From a candidate division FCPU426 bacterium (GTDB taxonomy: Bacteria; Oederibacteriota; PGYV01; Palsa-1178), in contig CAWIXE010000002.1 of assembly GCA_963840035.1 (NCBI GenBank), positions 928,001 through 992,000 on the forward strand: a DNA stretch of 64,000 bases, in the 5' to 3' direction. Position numbers and translations under genes: made by a program. Within the stretch, counting starts at the first letter, position 1, and each line of letters begins with the position of its first letter. Of the stretch, positions 47,291 to 59,918 are shown one piece after another. A model generated the notes under the pieces. It ran no database searches. It was not told the DNA's origin and saw only the letters and a list, made by a program, of their open reading frames with translations.

Positions 47291-49189
47291 TTATTGCGCC
47301 TTATCGATACGCGAAACCCAATAATTGGCACGGTCTTTATACCCTTCCTTATTACATATCTTTACTATCAAATCCATGGTCACAGTATTAAATGGCTCGA
47401 GCAGGATGACTTTTTCAAGCATGTTAAGGGATTTTTCCGCTTCATGCAGGTTCTCATAATATATCATGGCAAGAGTTGTATATGTAAGCGCGGCTTTTCC
47501 GCCTTCTTTTATGGCTGCGGATTTATACATATCGGCCCTGATTACATCCCCGTTTTGCGCCTCGTATTCCATCATCCTGGATAATACGCTGCCAAAATAT
47601 TCTTCCGTAAAAATGTCCCTGTTTCCCCGTTGAAAAAATCCCCGGATAGAACACAGGCTCATCAGGCCGGATGTGCCCTTTTGTTTTCCTGTACAGTTGA
47701 GTATGCCATAAGGCGTTGTGGCCATTCCCGTGTTTTCCAGGACTGTAAAATCCGTATAAAAGACATTATCAGGGTCCGCTGAAATCATCAACGCTTCAAT
47801 TTCCTTTTCTCTTTTTACTGTAAGCGTGCCGGCTTTCCTGTCATTTTTGAATATATCAAGGTTAAAAAGGTTCGCGTTTGAATCATATACGCGCCTGTCA
47901 TTGTATTTGCCTTTTACCTGGCGCAGGTAGAGTATGTTAAATGCCATGGAATCGGATCCGGTAAAAATAACAGAACCAACCGGCGCTGTCCTTAACATAT
48001 TCTCAGCCCTGTCATAGGCCATGTAATATCCGCTGTTGGAATTGCGCGCCGCTGAATTCAATATCTGAAAACCTGACAGCGCGATAAAAACCAGCGGGAT
48101 AACAGCCGCCTTAAATACCGGCCTTTCCGGCAGTGACGCGACTGTAAGGTATATTCCTGCCGCGGCGGGCATAATAAGCAGCAGGTTTACAGGCAGGAAA
48201 AATACAGAATTCACCTCAGCGTAAAGCGGCGAAACCGAACCGCCGGTGAAGATAATGACAGCGGCAAGGTCAGCCGCGTAAAGAATAATGAATGTATAAA
48301 ATAATTTCACGGATTTCTTATACATGAAGTACAAACCCGGAATGACGAAAAGCAGGGCCGGCCAGTATGTTTTAAGGCAGTCGACTGCGTAGTTCAGCAG
48401 TTTAAAACCAAAAGCCGCCATAAACGGCGCCTGATGCTGCTGTTGCTGCATGTAAGGCTTCCTGAAAATATGGTTAATGACTTCACCAGCGCTGCTGATG
48501 CCTGCCCAGTCCATCACAGGATTAGCCCCTGCCCTTATGAAAAGATACGCGTAAGGTGTTATGAGCGAAAACAGGAAAAGAAAAAACGCCGTTACCAGGG
48601 ACATACCCGGTTTTTTTCCGGATATAAAAGGGATGGCCAGGATAAAAACCGCGAAAAGCAGCATGGTAGGATGAAGAACCGCAAGAAATCCCGCGGCATA
48701 ATATGACAGGAACAGGTATTTTTTTTCACTTTTTATTACGTATAACCCTGAAAAAGTCATGGCAATAAGGGCGCAAAATACCGCCATGATATAAATGCCG
48801 CCTTTATCATATGAAGATAAAAACCAGAATAAACCTGATGATGAAAATAAGAAAGCAGCCGTGACAGCTGAAAAAAATAGGTATTTGCGGTTATTTTCCG
48901 GGGCGTATTGTTTAAGAAAAAAAACTCCGGCAAAGGCCGCTGCGGCAAAAAACATAGCCCCAAGCAGGGCCGATAACAGGCCTATGCGCCATGATAAATC
49001 GCCCGGGAACGCGAGGGTGGCCAGTTTACCGGCCAGCATATATACAGGATAACCCGGAGGGTGCGCGATACCAAGCGAGGCCACGGCAGCGGATATCTCG
49101 CCGCTGTCCCCGAAAATAATGGTAGGAGGGGCGGAAGATATGTACAGGCAGATAAGAACCGCTGAAAGTAAAGCAACAATGTATTTCAT
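47291..49189 (-). CDS. DUF2723 (TMEM260-like) membrane glycosyltransferase
   Basis: GDSGEI...LGIAHPPGYPVY, YLFIRA...PVMDW, many TMs, terminal TPR. Confidence 0.85.
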   Translation of the reverse strand: MKYIVALLSAVLICLYISSAPPTIIFGDSGEISAAVASLGIAHPPGYPVYMLAGKLATLAFPGDLSWRIGLLSALLGAMFFAAAAFAGVFFLKQYAPENNRKYLFFSAVTAAFLFSSSGLFWFLSSYDKGGIYIMAVFCALIAMTFSGLYVIKSEKKYLFLSYYAAGFLAVLHPTMLLFAVFILAIPFISGKKPGMSLVTAFFLFLFSLITPYAYLFIRAGANPVMDWAGISSAGEVINHIFRKPYMQQQQHQAPFMAAFGFKLLNYAVDCLKTYWPALLFVIPGLYFMYKKSVKLFYTFIILYAADLAAVIIFTGGSVSPLYAEVNSVFFLPVNLLLIMPAAAGIYLTVASLPERPVFKAAVIPLVFIALSGFQILNSAARNSNSGYYMAYDRAENMLRTAPVGSVIFTGSDSMAFNILYLRQVKGKYNDRRVYDSNANLFNLDIFKNDRKAGTLTVKREKEIEALMISADPDNVFYTDFTVLENTGMATTPYGILNCTGKQKGTSGLMSLCSIRGFFQRGNRDIFTEEYFGSVLSRMMEYEAQNGDVIRADMYKSAAIKEGGKAALTYTTLAMIYYENLHEAEKSLNMLEKVILLEPFNTVTMDLIVKICNKEGYKDRANYWVSRIDKAQ

Positions 49190-49218
49190 AAGGCACCTGA
49201 GCATATGTATTTAGTCCC

Positions 49219-49292
49219 GGTAGCCGCAGCCTTCAGGTTGCGAAAGGCCGGCATCAGATCCTGCCTTGCGCAGCCTGAAGGCTGCGGCTGCC
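49219..49292. repeat. REP doublet (REPIN), family D
   Basis: ggtagccgcagccttcaggttgcg ... cgcagcctgaaggctgcggctgcc. Confidence 0.8.
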
Positions 49293-49305
49293 GGCATTAT
49301 GACAA

Positions 49306-51057
49306 TTAATTCCTGATAGAATCAATGAGTTCCCTTGCCGCTTCCAACGATGCCTGTGTAACGGTTTCACCGCTTAAAAGCTTTGCGACTTCCCGCAATT
49401 TATTCTGTCCATCAAGTTTTATTATCTGAGTTTCTGTCTTGCCGTCCTTTACAGCTTTTTCCACGGAATAATGCGTGTCAGAATAGGCCGCTATCTGCGG
49501 GAGGTGCGTTATGCACAACAGCTGTTTTTTAACGGAAATTTCCTTTAACTTCTTTCCTACGACCTGGGCAATTTTTCCCGATATGCCGGTATCTATTTCG
49601 TCAAAAACCATGCACGGTATTATATCCACAGCCGATAATATGTTCTTGATCGAAAGCATGATCCTGGAAATTTCCCCGCCCGAGGCTACCTTAACCAGCG
49701 GTTTTAAATCTTCTCCCGGGTTTAAAGATATCATGAATTCCACAATATTTATGCCTGTCGCTGACGGCCTGAAATTTTTACCCTTAATTTTAACAAAGAG
49801 CCCCGTGGTGTCTTCTGTTTCAGTTTCCTTAACATCCACAAGGAACCGCCCTTTGCCGATACCCAGGTCCTTAAGTTCTTCCTCTATCCTCGAGCCGAGT
49901 TCCGCAGCCTTCTTATGCCGCGTCTCCGAGAGTTTCTCGCAGATAACCGCCAGAGCCGCCATCAGCGCGTTTTTTTCCTTTTCCTTTTCTTCTATCAGGC
50001 CGCTGTTTAGCTCTATCTTCTTTTTCTCATCAGCCAGTTCAGCATGATATGACTTTAATTCGATTATCCCGCTCTTTTTATACTTTTTCATGAGGCTTTC
50101 GATAAGGCTTATCCGCTCTTCGGTTTCCTGAAGTTTATCCTTATCAAATTCAATCCTGTCCTTATATGATATAAAGAACTCCTTGATTTCCTCAAGCCTT
50201 ACGCCCGCGTCTTTGGCGAGCGCTATCTGGTCTTCCATTGCTTTTTTGTCTATCTTGGCTATCTCATCCATCTCTTCCTGCGCGCTGTAAAGAAGCGCTA
50301 TGGCGCCGTCGCCTTCCATGTCAAGCGAGGACGGCGAGAGGCTCATAATCACCGAATTAACCGATTCTTTCATGGCTTCCGCGTGCACCATCAGGTCCCT
50401 TAATCCGTTGAGTTTTTCAAGCTCGTCATCGGCTTTTAAGTCAGCCTGCTCAAGTTCGTTTAACCTGAATGAGACCATCTCAAGCCTGTCCTGTTTTTCC
50501 TCTTCAAGCTTTCGCATAGCGGCTATTTCACTGTTTATCTGGTTGAATTTTGAATACCCGTCCGAAACTTCCGACCTTAAAGGCAGGACAGCCGCGTATC
50601 CGTCGAGCAGGTCCATATGAACCTCTTCCTTTAAAAGCGACTGATGCTCGTGCTGGCCGTGTATGTCGACGAGTATCTTTCCGAGTTTTTCAAGGAACGC
50701 AAGCGTCGCGGATGAATTATTGATATTTATCTTGCCTTTTGAAGTCCTGCTGATTTCCCTCTTTATAACGAGCTCGCCGTCTGTCTTTTCAATTCCAGCC
50801 TCGTCAAGCATCATGTTTACCGCAGTCATAAGGTTTTTATTTCCCTTAATGTCAAATACCGCCTCGACTACAGCCTTATCCTCGCCGGTCCTGATGTTCT
50901 CCAGGTACCCGCGCTCGCCGACGGCGGTATTTATCGCGCCGATTATGATGGATTTCCCGGCGCCGGTCTCGCCGGTAAGGATATTAAGACCGGCTGAAAA
51001 GTCGATCTCAACATCTTTTAATAACGCATAATTTTTTATTTTGAGTGAAGCCAGCAT
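49306..51057 (-). CDS. recN: DNA repair protein RecN
   Basis: LTGETGAGKS, IHGQHEHQ, ASGGEISR, FDEIDTGISG, ITHLPQIAA. Confidence 0.97.
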   Translation of the reverse strand: MLASLKIKNYALLKDVEIDFSAGLNILTGETGAGKSIIIGAINTAVGERGYLENIRTGEDKAVVEAVFDIKGNKNLMTAVNMMLDEAGIEKTDGELVIKREISRTSKGKININNSSATLAFLEKLGKILVDIHGQHEHQSLLKEEVHMDLLDGYAAVLPLRSEVSDGYSKFNQINSEIAAMRKLEEEKQDRLEMVSFRLNELEQADLKADDELEKLNGLRDLMVHAEAMKESVNSVIMSLSPSSLDMEGDGAIALLYSAQEEMDEIAKIDKKAMEDQIALAKDAGVRLEEIKEFFISYKDRIEFDKDKLQETEERISLIESLMKKYKKSGIIELKSYHAELADEKKKIELNSGLIEEKEKEKNALMAALAVICEKLSETRHKKAAELGSRIEEELKDLGIGKGRFLVDVKETETEDTTGLFVKIKGKNFRPSATGINIVEFMISLNPGEDLKPLVKVASGGEISRIMLSIKNILSAVDIIPCMVFDEIDTGISGKIAQVVGKKLKEISVKKQLLCITHLPQIAAYSDTHYSVEKAVKDGKTETQIIKLDGQNKLREVAKLLSGETVTQASLEAARELIDSIRN

Positions 51058-51207
51058 AAAACCCTCCATATTCTTCATTTTAACCAATATCCAATATACT
51101 TTTAGCCATTAATAATGTATCGCTTTGCGATTTAATTATAATAAACCGCGGGATTTATCCCGCGAACCTAATATATTGGCCAAATGTTTATTGGCTATTG
51201 GCTGTAT

Positions 51208-53103
51208 TTACTTTTTTATATCCAACATATCCAATATCGCCCGTTCAATCCCCTTGTCATCTATCCCGCAGTCGCGTTTTAGCTGCGACATGGAGCCGTG
51301 CTCTATGAACTTATCAGGTATTCCGAGAATTTTTGTTTTTACCTTTTCAAGCCCTGCGGCGCTTATGACGCGCATTACGCTCTGCCCAAAACCGCCCTCT
51401 ATCGCGCCTTCCTCGACGGTTATTACCTTTTTTGTCTTTTTTGCCGTTTTAATAATCGCCGCTTTATCCAGCGGTTTGGCAAACCTCGCGTCTATTATTT
51501 CAATGGATATTTTATTCTCACGTTCCAGCTTTTCCGCCGCTTTAAGCGCGTTTTCCAGGGTGGTCCCCAGGCAGATTACTGAAACATCCGTACCGGATTT
51601 TACAAGTTTCGCTTTTCCTATCCTGACCGGCGTGAATCTGATCAGGTCCTTTGATACTGCGGCGCTGCCCCTGGGAAAGCGTATCGTCACAGGCCCGTCT
51701 TTGTATATGGCCGCGGCAGCCATCATGCGCTGCATTTCCCTGTCGTTTGAAGGCGCCATGACCACCATGCCCGGGATCATCTTCATGAATACTATGTCAA
51801 ATACCCCGTGGTGCGTGGGCCCGTCCTCGCCTACCAGCCCGGCCCTGTCGAGCGCGAATACCACCGGAAGCCTGTGTATGGCCACATCGTGGATTATCTG
51901 GTCCACCGCGCGCTGAATAAACGTGGAATAAATGGCAACAAAGGGCTTAAAGCCCTCCTTGGCAAGGCCTGCCGCGAAAGTCACAGCGTGTTCTTCGGCA
52001 ATGCCCACGTCAAAAAACCTGGACGGATATAGCTGCCTGAATTTTGAAAGATTGGTGCCTTCTATCATTGCGGCTACTATGGCGATTATCTTTTTGTCAT
52101 GCCTTGCCAATTTCACCAGGGATTCGGAAAACACCTTTGAATACGGGTTCGCGCCGGTTGATTTCGCGGCCTCACCCGTTATCCTGTCGAACGGCCCCAC
52201 CCCGTGAAAAAGCGTGGGGTTTTTCTCCGCCGGAAGGTAGCCTTTCCCCTTTTTTGTGATTACATGGACAATTTTGGGGCCCTTTATATTCTTGAGTTTA
52301 GAAAAGGTATCTACAAGTTCCTTTATATTATGACCGGCGTTTATCGGCCCGAAGTACCTGAATCCAAGCTCCTCAAAAAGCGCGCCGGGCGATATCATGC
52401 CTTTTATTCCTTCCGCAATGTGTTTTAAGACATTGGCGAAAGGGGCGCCGATGGGTTGGGGCAGTTTTTCAACAAATGATTTGAACCAGTCCTGCGCCTC
52501 GTTATAGCCTTTGCCCGTTATTATCTTATTTAAATATCCCGATAAAGCCCCCACTGTCGGTGATATCGACATTTCATTATCAATCATCACTATAAGTATG
52601 TCTGTTTTTTCATGGCCGATATGATTTATAGCCTCAAACGACATGCCGTTGGCGAATGACGCGTCGCCTATAACGGCAACCACCTTATGTTTTTTTCCCT
52701 GAAGATCCCTTGCTTTGGCAAATCCCATCGCGGCAGATATGGATGTCGATGTATGGCCCGCGCCGAACGCGTCATATCTGGATTCGTCGGGTTTTAAAAA
52801 CCCCGAAATGCCCTTATACTGACGCAGCGTCTTAAAAGCGTTTTTTCTGCCCGTGAGTATTTTATGGCTGTAAGCCTGATGTCCGACATCCCATATAATT
52901 TTATCAGCGGGAGGGTCATAGACTTTATACAGCGCGATGGTAGTCTCCACCGCGCCAAGGGATGACGCCAGGTGCCCTCCTGTATGCGATACGGTCTCTA
53001 TCATATAATCGCGCACCTCACAGGCAAGCGTATCAAGTTCGGCGAATGAAAGCCCTTTGAGGTTATCGGGGCTTTTTATATTATTTAAAATAGTGTACTT
53101 CAT
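51208..53103 (-). CDS. dxs: 1-deoxy-D-xylulose-5-phosphate synthase
   Basis: GGHLASSLG, WDVGHQAY, DNEMSIS, DVGIAEEHAV, GEDGPTHHG. Confidence 0.98.
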   Translation of the reverse strand: MKYTILNNIKSPDNLKGLSFAELDTLACEVRDYMIETVSHTGGHLASSLGAVETTIALYKVYDPPADKIIWDVGHQAYSHKILTGRKNAFKTLRQYKGISGFLKPDESRYDAFGAGHTSTSISAAMGFAKARDLQGKKHKVVAVIGDASFANGMSFEAINHIGHEKTDILIVMIDNEMSISPTVGALSGYLNKIITGKGYNEAQDWFKSFVEKLPQPIGAPFANVLKHIAEGIKGMISPGALFEELGFRYFGPINAGHNIKELVDTFSKLKNIKGPKIVHVITKKGKGYLPAEKNPTLFHGVGPFDRITGEAAKSTGANPYSKVFSESLVKLARHDKKIIAIVAAMIEGTNLSKFRQLYPSRFFDVGIAEEHAVTFAAGLAKEGFKPFVAIYSTFIQRAVDQIIHDVAIHRLPVVFALDRAGLVGEDGPTHHGVFDIVFMKMIPGMVVMAPSNDREMQRMMAAAAIYKDGPVTIRFPRGSAAVSKDLIRFTPVRIGKAKLVKSGTDVSVICLGTTLENALKAAEKLERENKISIEIIDARFAKPLDKAAIIKTAKKTKKVITVEEGAIEGGFGQSVMRVISAAGLEKVKTKILGIPDKFIEHGSMSQLKRDCGIDDKGIERAILDMLDIKK

Positions 53104-53110
53104 GGTTTCC

Positions 53111-53578
53111 TTAAAAGAGTATGATAGGTATCAATATCCCCAGTATTATGCCAGCGGAGGCTTCAAGCGGCGTGTGCCCTAAGAGTTCCTTTAACCTTTT
53201 TTCCGCGTGGAATTTATTCCTTCCGATCTCGTCCATCATCATGTTCAGTACCTTCGCCTGCCTTCCGGCCGCCCTTCTTACGCCCATGGCGTCAGAGCAC
53301 ACCACTATGCAGTACAACAGCGCCACCATAAACACGGTGGAGCTGAATCCGGCCGTGAGGCCCACGCTCGTTGTAAGGGCTGTAACAGAGGCTGTATGCG
53401 ATGAAGGCATGCCTCCGGTGCCCACTAAAAGCCTGAAATCCCACTTGCCTGTCATGACAAGATTAATAAAAAGCTTTAAAGCCTGTGCGACGAACCAGGA
53501 TATGAAAGTAATATAAAATATCTTATTGGTTGTTATCTGAACCAGTATGTTCCATGTGTCCCTGATTGCTGCGTCCAT
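53111..53578 (-). CDS. Divergent PAP2 (DUF212) protein
   Basis: GGMPSSH, DAMGVRRAAG, LKELLGHTP. Confidence 0.92.
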   Translation of the reverse strand: MDAAIRDTWNILVQITTNKIFYITFISWFVAQALKLFINLVMTGKWDFRLLVGTGGMPSSHTASVTALTTSVGLTAGFSSTVFMVALLYCIVVCSDAMGVRRAAGRQAKVLNMMMDEIGRNKFHAEKRLKELLGHTPLEASAGIILGILIPIILF

Positions 53579-53592
53579 TTATGGCCTCCGTA

Positions 53593-54477
53593 TTAGTAAG
53601 TTCTGTCAGTAAAGAAATCCGCTATCTCCTGCAGGTCTTTTGTGTCCCCACCTATTTTACCTAAAATAACCTTCGCTTCAAGCACTAATTTTGCGGCTTT
53701 TACAGCCGAAGCTTCCAGCCCAAAAAACGAGGGATATGTGGCCTTTTTTGCCGAAATGTCTTTCCTCAATTTCTTTCCCATTTTCTTCTCATCGCCTGTT
53801 TCATCAAGCATGTCATCGACTATCTGGAAAGCCAGCCCTATCTTTTCGCCAAAAGTCTTAAACAACTTCACTTTTGCCGGGCCGGCCCCCGCTAATAATG
53901 CCCCTGATGCCACGCTGGCCCTTATTAGCGCGCCCGTCTTGCCGGCGTGAAGCTTAGCGAGTGTTTCCGCAGATATTTTCTTTCCTTCGCTGGTAATGTC
54001 TATGACCTGTCCGCCAATCATGCCTTTTACCCCGGCGCCCAGCGCTATTTCGGATATGGCGGCAAGCAGCGCCGCAGGTTTTATCTTTTCATTGCGGCCG
54101 CATAAAAGTGCGGTCTCAAAAGCCCTGTTTAAAAGCGCGTCTCCGGCGAGCACGGCTATGGCTTCCCCGAATTTTTTATGCGACGTGGGTTTACCGCGCC
54201 TTAAGTCGTCGTCGTCCATGGCAGGCAGATCATCATGAATCAGCGAATATGTATGAATCATTTCCATGGCGCACGCAAGTGGCATGGCGTCCGCGTATGA
54301 CAGCCCGCAGGCCTTAGCCGCCATTAGCGTAAGCACAGGCCTGAGCCTCTTGCCTCCCGCGAAAAGGCTGTATCTCATGGCGTCATAAATAACAGCCGGA
54401 TACTCATCCTTCTCAGAAACATAACGCGCGAGGTTTTTTTCAACAAGCGCTGCCAGTTTTTTTAGTTTTGCTTCCAT
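53593..54477 (-). CDS. ispA: Farnesyl/geranylgeranyl diphosphate synthase
   Basis: GGKRLRP, LIHDDLPAMDDDDLRRG, FQIVDDMLD. Confidence 0.95.
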   Translation of the reverse strand: MEAKLKKLAALVEKNLARYVSEKDEYPAVIYDAMRYSLFAGGKRLRPVLTLMAAKACGLSYADAMPLACAMEMIHTYSLIHDDLPAMDDDDLRRGKPTSHKKFGEAIAVLAGDALLNRAFETALLCGRNEKIKPAALLAAISEIALGAGVKGMIGGQVIDITSEGKKISAETLAKLHAGKTGALIRASVASGALLAGAGPAKVKLFKTFGEKIGLAFQIVDDMLDETGDEKKMGKKLRKDISAKKATYPSFFGLEASAVKAAKLVLEAKVILGKIGGDTKDLQEIADFFTDRTY

Positions 54478-54611
54478 TAAAATGCTCCTTCAAGTCTCAA
54501 TGATCTCAGTAGTCTCAGTGATCTCAATAGTCAAAACAATCTAAACCGCTAAACAACACACCAGTTATACGTTCTATTTCTGCCACTCACCATCCACAAA
54601 TCACTACCCAC

Positions 54612-54911
54612 TTATTTGAACAACCCTCCATCGCCTTCCTCTTCATCTTCCTCATCTACTTTTGCCTTTTTTGTTTCTTTTTCCTCTTCCCCGCCAAAAT
54701 CTTCAGTTTCATAGCCTTTCTCAGTCTTCTTTTTCAGCAGTTCTATCTTGAGCTTCTTTTCCTTGAGAATTTCCCTGCATCTCTCTATAAGTTTCATTCC
54801 CTTTTCATATAACTCTATTGAGGCGTCAAGGTCAGCCTCGCCTGATTCAAGCTTATCAACAACGGTTTCAAGCTCGTTTAAATGCCCTTCAAACCCGGTT
54901 TCTTTTTTCAT
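54612..54911 (-). CDS. xseB: Exodeoxyribonuclease VII small subunit
   Basis: FEGHLNELETVVDKLESGE...LYEKG and gene context. Confidence 0.93.
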   Translation of the reverse strand: MKKETGFEGHLNELETVVDKLESGEADLDASIELYEKGMKLIERCREILKEKKLKIELLKKKTEKGYETEDFGGEEEKETKKAKVDEEDEEEGDGGLFK

Positions 54912-54978
54912 AATAACTCCTTGTCTTATGTTTTATGCATTAATTGAAAATTGAAAATATTAAATTGAAAATCATTTT

Positions 54979-56166
54979 TTACTTGACTTCCGCGTCCAGC
55001 GTTCCTTTATACAGCCTTATTTTAATGTTTTTTGTCGCCCTGTCAGCGTCCTTAAGGATGGCTCCGTTATCATTATAAACCACGGAATAACCCTTCTTCA
55101 ATATATTTAAGGGGTTCATTATCTTCAGCTTATCCGAAATTATCTTCACTTTATCGGATGAATCCTCTATCTTCTCATCAAGTGATTTTAAAAGGCTTTC
55201 CCCGAGTTCGTCAACACGCTGGACATAATCCGTATACATCTGAAATGGCATTTTAAAGGCATAACTTTTGGCCAGCCTGTCGAGCCTTTCCTGGTACATC
55301 TCCACCATGTGCGATATGGCGCTTTTTAAGGTGGCTTCCTGGGACAAAAGGGTTTCCATGATATCTTCCCTGTCCGGCACTATAAGCTCAGCCGCGGCAG
55401 AGGGCGTGGGCGCGCGCATGTCAGATACAAAATCGGCGATAGTAAAATCAATCTCATGGCCTATGGCTGAAACAACAGGGGTTTTAGCGTCATATATCGC
55501 GTGGGCAAGGTTCTCATCATTAAAAGCCCACAGATCCTCCATTGAGCCGCCTCCCCTTGCCAGTATGATGACATCCATTCCCATGGTATCCAGGTCTGTT
55601 AAGGCCTTTATGATCTGCGCAGGCGCGTCATTTCCCTGAACCAATGCGGGATATATGAGGATTTCTACCTGGGGGTAACGCCTTGATATGATGTTTATGA
55701 TATCCCTTATTGCCGCGCCTGTGGGGCTTGTGACGATGCCGATTTTTTCAGGAAATTTCGGGATGGAGACCTTATGTTTTTCATCAAAGAGCCCCTGTTC
55801 GGCGAGCTTCTTTTTTAATTTTTCAAATTCCAGCAGCAGGTCGCCCAAGCCCGTGACCTGTATCTCGTCAGCTATGAGCTGGTACTCGCTGCGCTTGCCG
55901 TAAATGGAAACGCGGCCGGATACCGCTACTTTTTTCCCGTCTTCCAGGTTTAAACCCGCGGCTTTTTTCCTGCCGCCAAAGAGGGCTACCTTGATCTGAT
56001 TGTTTTCATCTTTCAGGGTAAAATAGATATGTCCGGAGGCCGGGTTTGAGAAGTTGGATATCTCGCCCTGTATCCATACGGTTTTTAGCTGGTCTTCCAG
56101 GATTTCCTTAACCACGGTGGTGATCTCAGAGACTGTAAACGCCCGGTCCTTTGAATCACCCCTCAT
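54979..56166 (-). CDS. xseA: Exodeoxyribonuclease VII large subunit
   Basis: SGHIYFTLKD, ARGGGSMEDLWAFN, GHEIDFT, APTPSAAAE. Confidence 0.97.
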   Translation of the reverse strand: MRGDSKDRAFTVSEITTVVKEILEDQLKTVWIQGEISNFSNPASGHIYFTLKDENNQIKVALFGGRKKAAGLNLEDGKKVAVSGRVSIYGKRSEYQLIADEIQVTGLGDLLLEFEKLKKKLAEQGLFDEKHKVSIPKFPEKIGIVTSPTGAAIRDIINIISRRYPQVEILIYPALVQGNDAPAQIIKALTDLDTMGMDVIILARGGGSMEDLWAFNDENLAHAIYDAKTPVVSAIGHEIDFTIADFVSDMRAPTPSAAAELIVPDREDIMETLLSQEATLKSAISHMVEMYQERLDRLAKSYAFKMPFQMYTDYVQRVDELGESLLKSLDEKIEDSSDKVKIISDKLKIMNPLNILKKGYSVVYNDNGAILKDADRATKNIKIRLYKGTLDAEVK

Positions 56167-56169
56167 GGA

Positions 56170-57153
56170 TTACACCTTACGCAGATAAGCAGCGGCATCT
56201 TCAGGCAGGGTCGGGTTTATATAAAATCCGCTCCCCCATTCAAAACCGGCTACAGGTTTGACCCTTGGCATTATCTCTATATGCCAGTGGAAATGAGGCA
56301 TGTCAGCTTCCTTTAACGGAGCCGTGTGGATCATGTAATTATATGATGGCTTGTTCAGCGCCTTATTAAGCTTGGTAACCGCGTCTTTCATGATGTGCGA
56401 GAGGTCCTTTAACTGCGGCTCTGAAATTTTGTGAAAGTGGGCCGCGTGGTTTTTGGGAAGCAGCCACATCTCAAAAGGCGTCTGTGACGCAAAAGGCGTA
56501 AGGAGGACAAAGTGTTCCGTTTCCCTGACCACCCTGTCTTTCATGAGCAGTTCATTGTCAATCACATCGCAGTATACGCACCTTTCTTTAAATTCATAAT
56601 AATGCGCTCCGCTCAGGATTTCTTCATTTACTTTTTCAGGAACTACCGGCATGGCCATGAGCTGTGAGTGCAGGTGATGGGTGTTAGCCCCGGCCCTTGG
56701 GCCGCGGTTCTTGAATATAAGCACGTATTCTATCCTGGTGTCTTTCTGAAGGTCCGAAATCCTGTCCCTGTAAACCCTGAATATATCCTCAATGTGCTCC
56801 GGGGCGAGCCTGTCAAAATCCATATCGTGCCTGGGAGTATCAATGATAATTTCATTCGCGCCGGTCCCGGATATGACGTCAAAAATGCCTACTCCGTGTT
56901 TTTTAAGCTGGGTTTCAACCTTTAAATACGGGTTATTATTCGGGATGGCCCTTACTTTCCAGGACCCGTCTTTCTCGTTTATGGTATGTATGGTCTTACC
57001 CGTTTTGCCCTCGTTGCCGGGGCAAAACGGGCATGACGCTTCTTTTTCCGGAAGGTCTGCCGGTATCTTTGAATCAGTCTGGGGGTTAAAGGTCTTATCG
57101 TCGAGCGTTATAACCCATCTGTTTGTTACCGGATCTTTCCGTAATTCAGACAT
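56170..57153 (-). CDS. galT: Galactose-1-phosphate uridylyltransferase family
   Basis: ELRKDPVT, CPFCPGNE, FKNRG..AGA..HLHSQ, HWHIEI. Confidence 0.88.
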   Translation of the reverse strand: MSELRKDPVTNRWVITLDDKTFNPQTDSKIPADLPEKEASCPFCPGNEGKTGKTIHTINEKDGSWKVRAIPNNNPYLKVETQLKKHGVGIFDVISGTGANEIIIDTPRHDMDFDRLAPEHIEDIFRVYRDRISDLQKDTRIEYVLIFKNRGPRAGANTHHLHSQLMAMPVVPEKVNEEILSGAHYYEFKERCVYCDVIDNELLMKDRVVRETEHFVLLTPFASQTPFEMWLLPKNHAAHFHKISEPQLKDLSHIMKDAVTKLNKALNKPSYNYMIHTAPLKEADMPHFHWHIEIMPRVKPVAGFEWGSGFYINPTLPEDAAAYLRKV

Positions 57154-57555
57154 TTAGTCCTTCTTTTCTGTCTGCTTTTCTATCTGCTTATCAGCTGAAG
57201 GCTTTTCTATCTTTTTGGTGATGTACGGCCTGAGCACGTTTAACTTCGTGGATTCGCCGACACTTATCTGCACCACTTCGTCGCCCGCGTCTATCTTGGT
57301 AATGAAACCCACAACGCCTCCGGCTGTTACAACCTTATCCCCGACCTTCAGCGAAGAGAGCATTTCCGCTGTTTTTTTCTGTTCTTTCCTTGCCGGCATT
57401 ATGAACATGAAGTAAAAAATGACAAAGATTAGAACAAGCGGTAAAAACTGCATCGCAGCCGCCATTCCTGACGGTGCTTCCGCCCCTGCTCCTGCAACAG
57501 CGCCTGCTGCCGCCGGTACTGCTTCTCCTGCCGCGTACAATAATGATGCAAACAT
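57154..57555 (-). CDS. yajC: Preprotein translocase subunit YajC
   Basis: FYFMFIMP...LKVGDKVVTAGG, downstream of tgt. Confidence 0.93.
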   Translation of the reverse strand: MFASLLYAAGEAVPAAAGAVAGAGAEAPSGMAAAMQFLPLVLIFVIFYFMFIMPARKEQKKTAEMLSSLKVGDKVVTAGGVVGFITKIDAGDEVVQISVGESTKLNVLRPYITKKIEKPSADKQIEKQTEKKD

Positions 57556-57605
57556 GATTAAAACCTCCGTTTTTTATTGACAATTGACAATGGCCAATTG
57601 ACAAT

Positions 57606-59805
<2,200 letters not shown>

Positions 59806-59918
59806 GAAACCTCCGAAACAAATTTTGAATTTTCAATTTTGAATTTTAAATTGAAGGCAAAAAAACTCTTGGTTGTAATTGAAAATTGAAAATATAAAAT
59901 TGAAAATTAGCAGTCAAA

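Noticed and set aside
51125..51916. 263-aa plus-strand ORF and similar long antisense ORFs over recN, xseA and ispA
   Set aside because: Fully antisense to well-conserved genes and lacking recognisable motifs.
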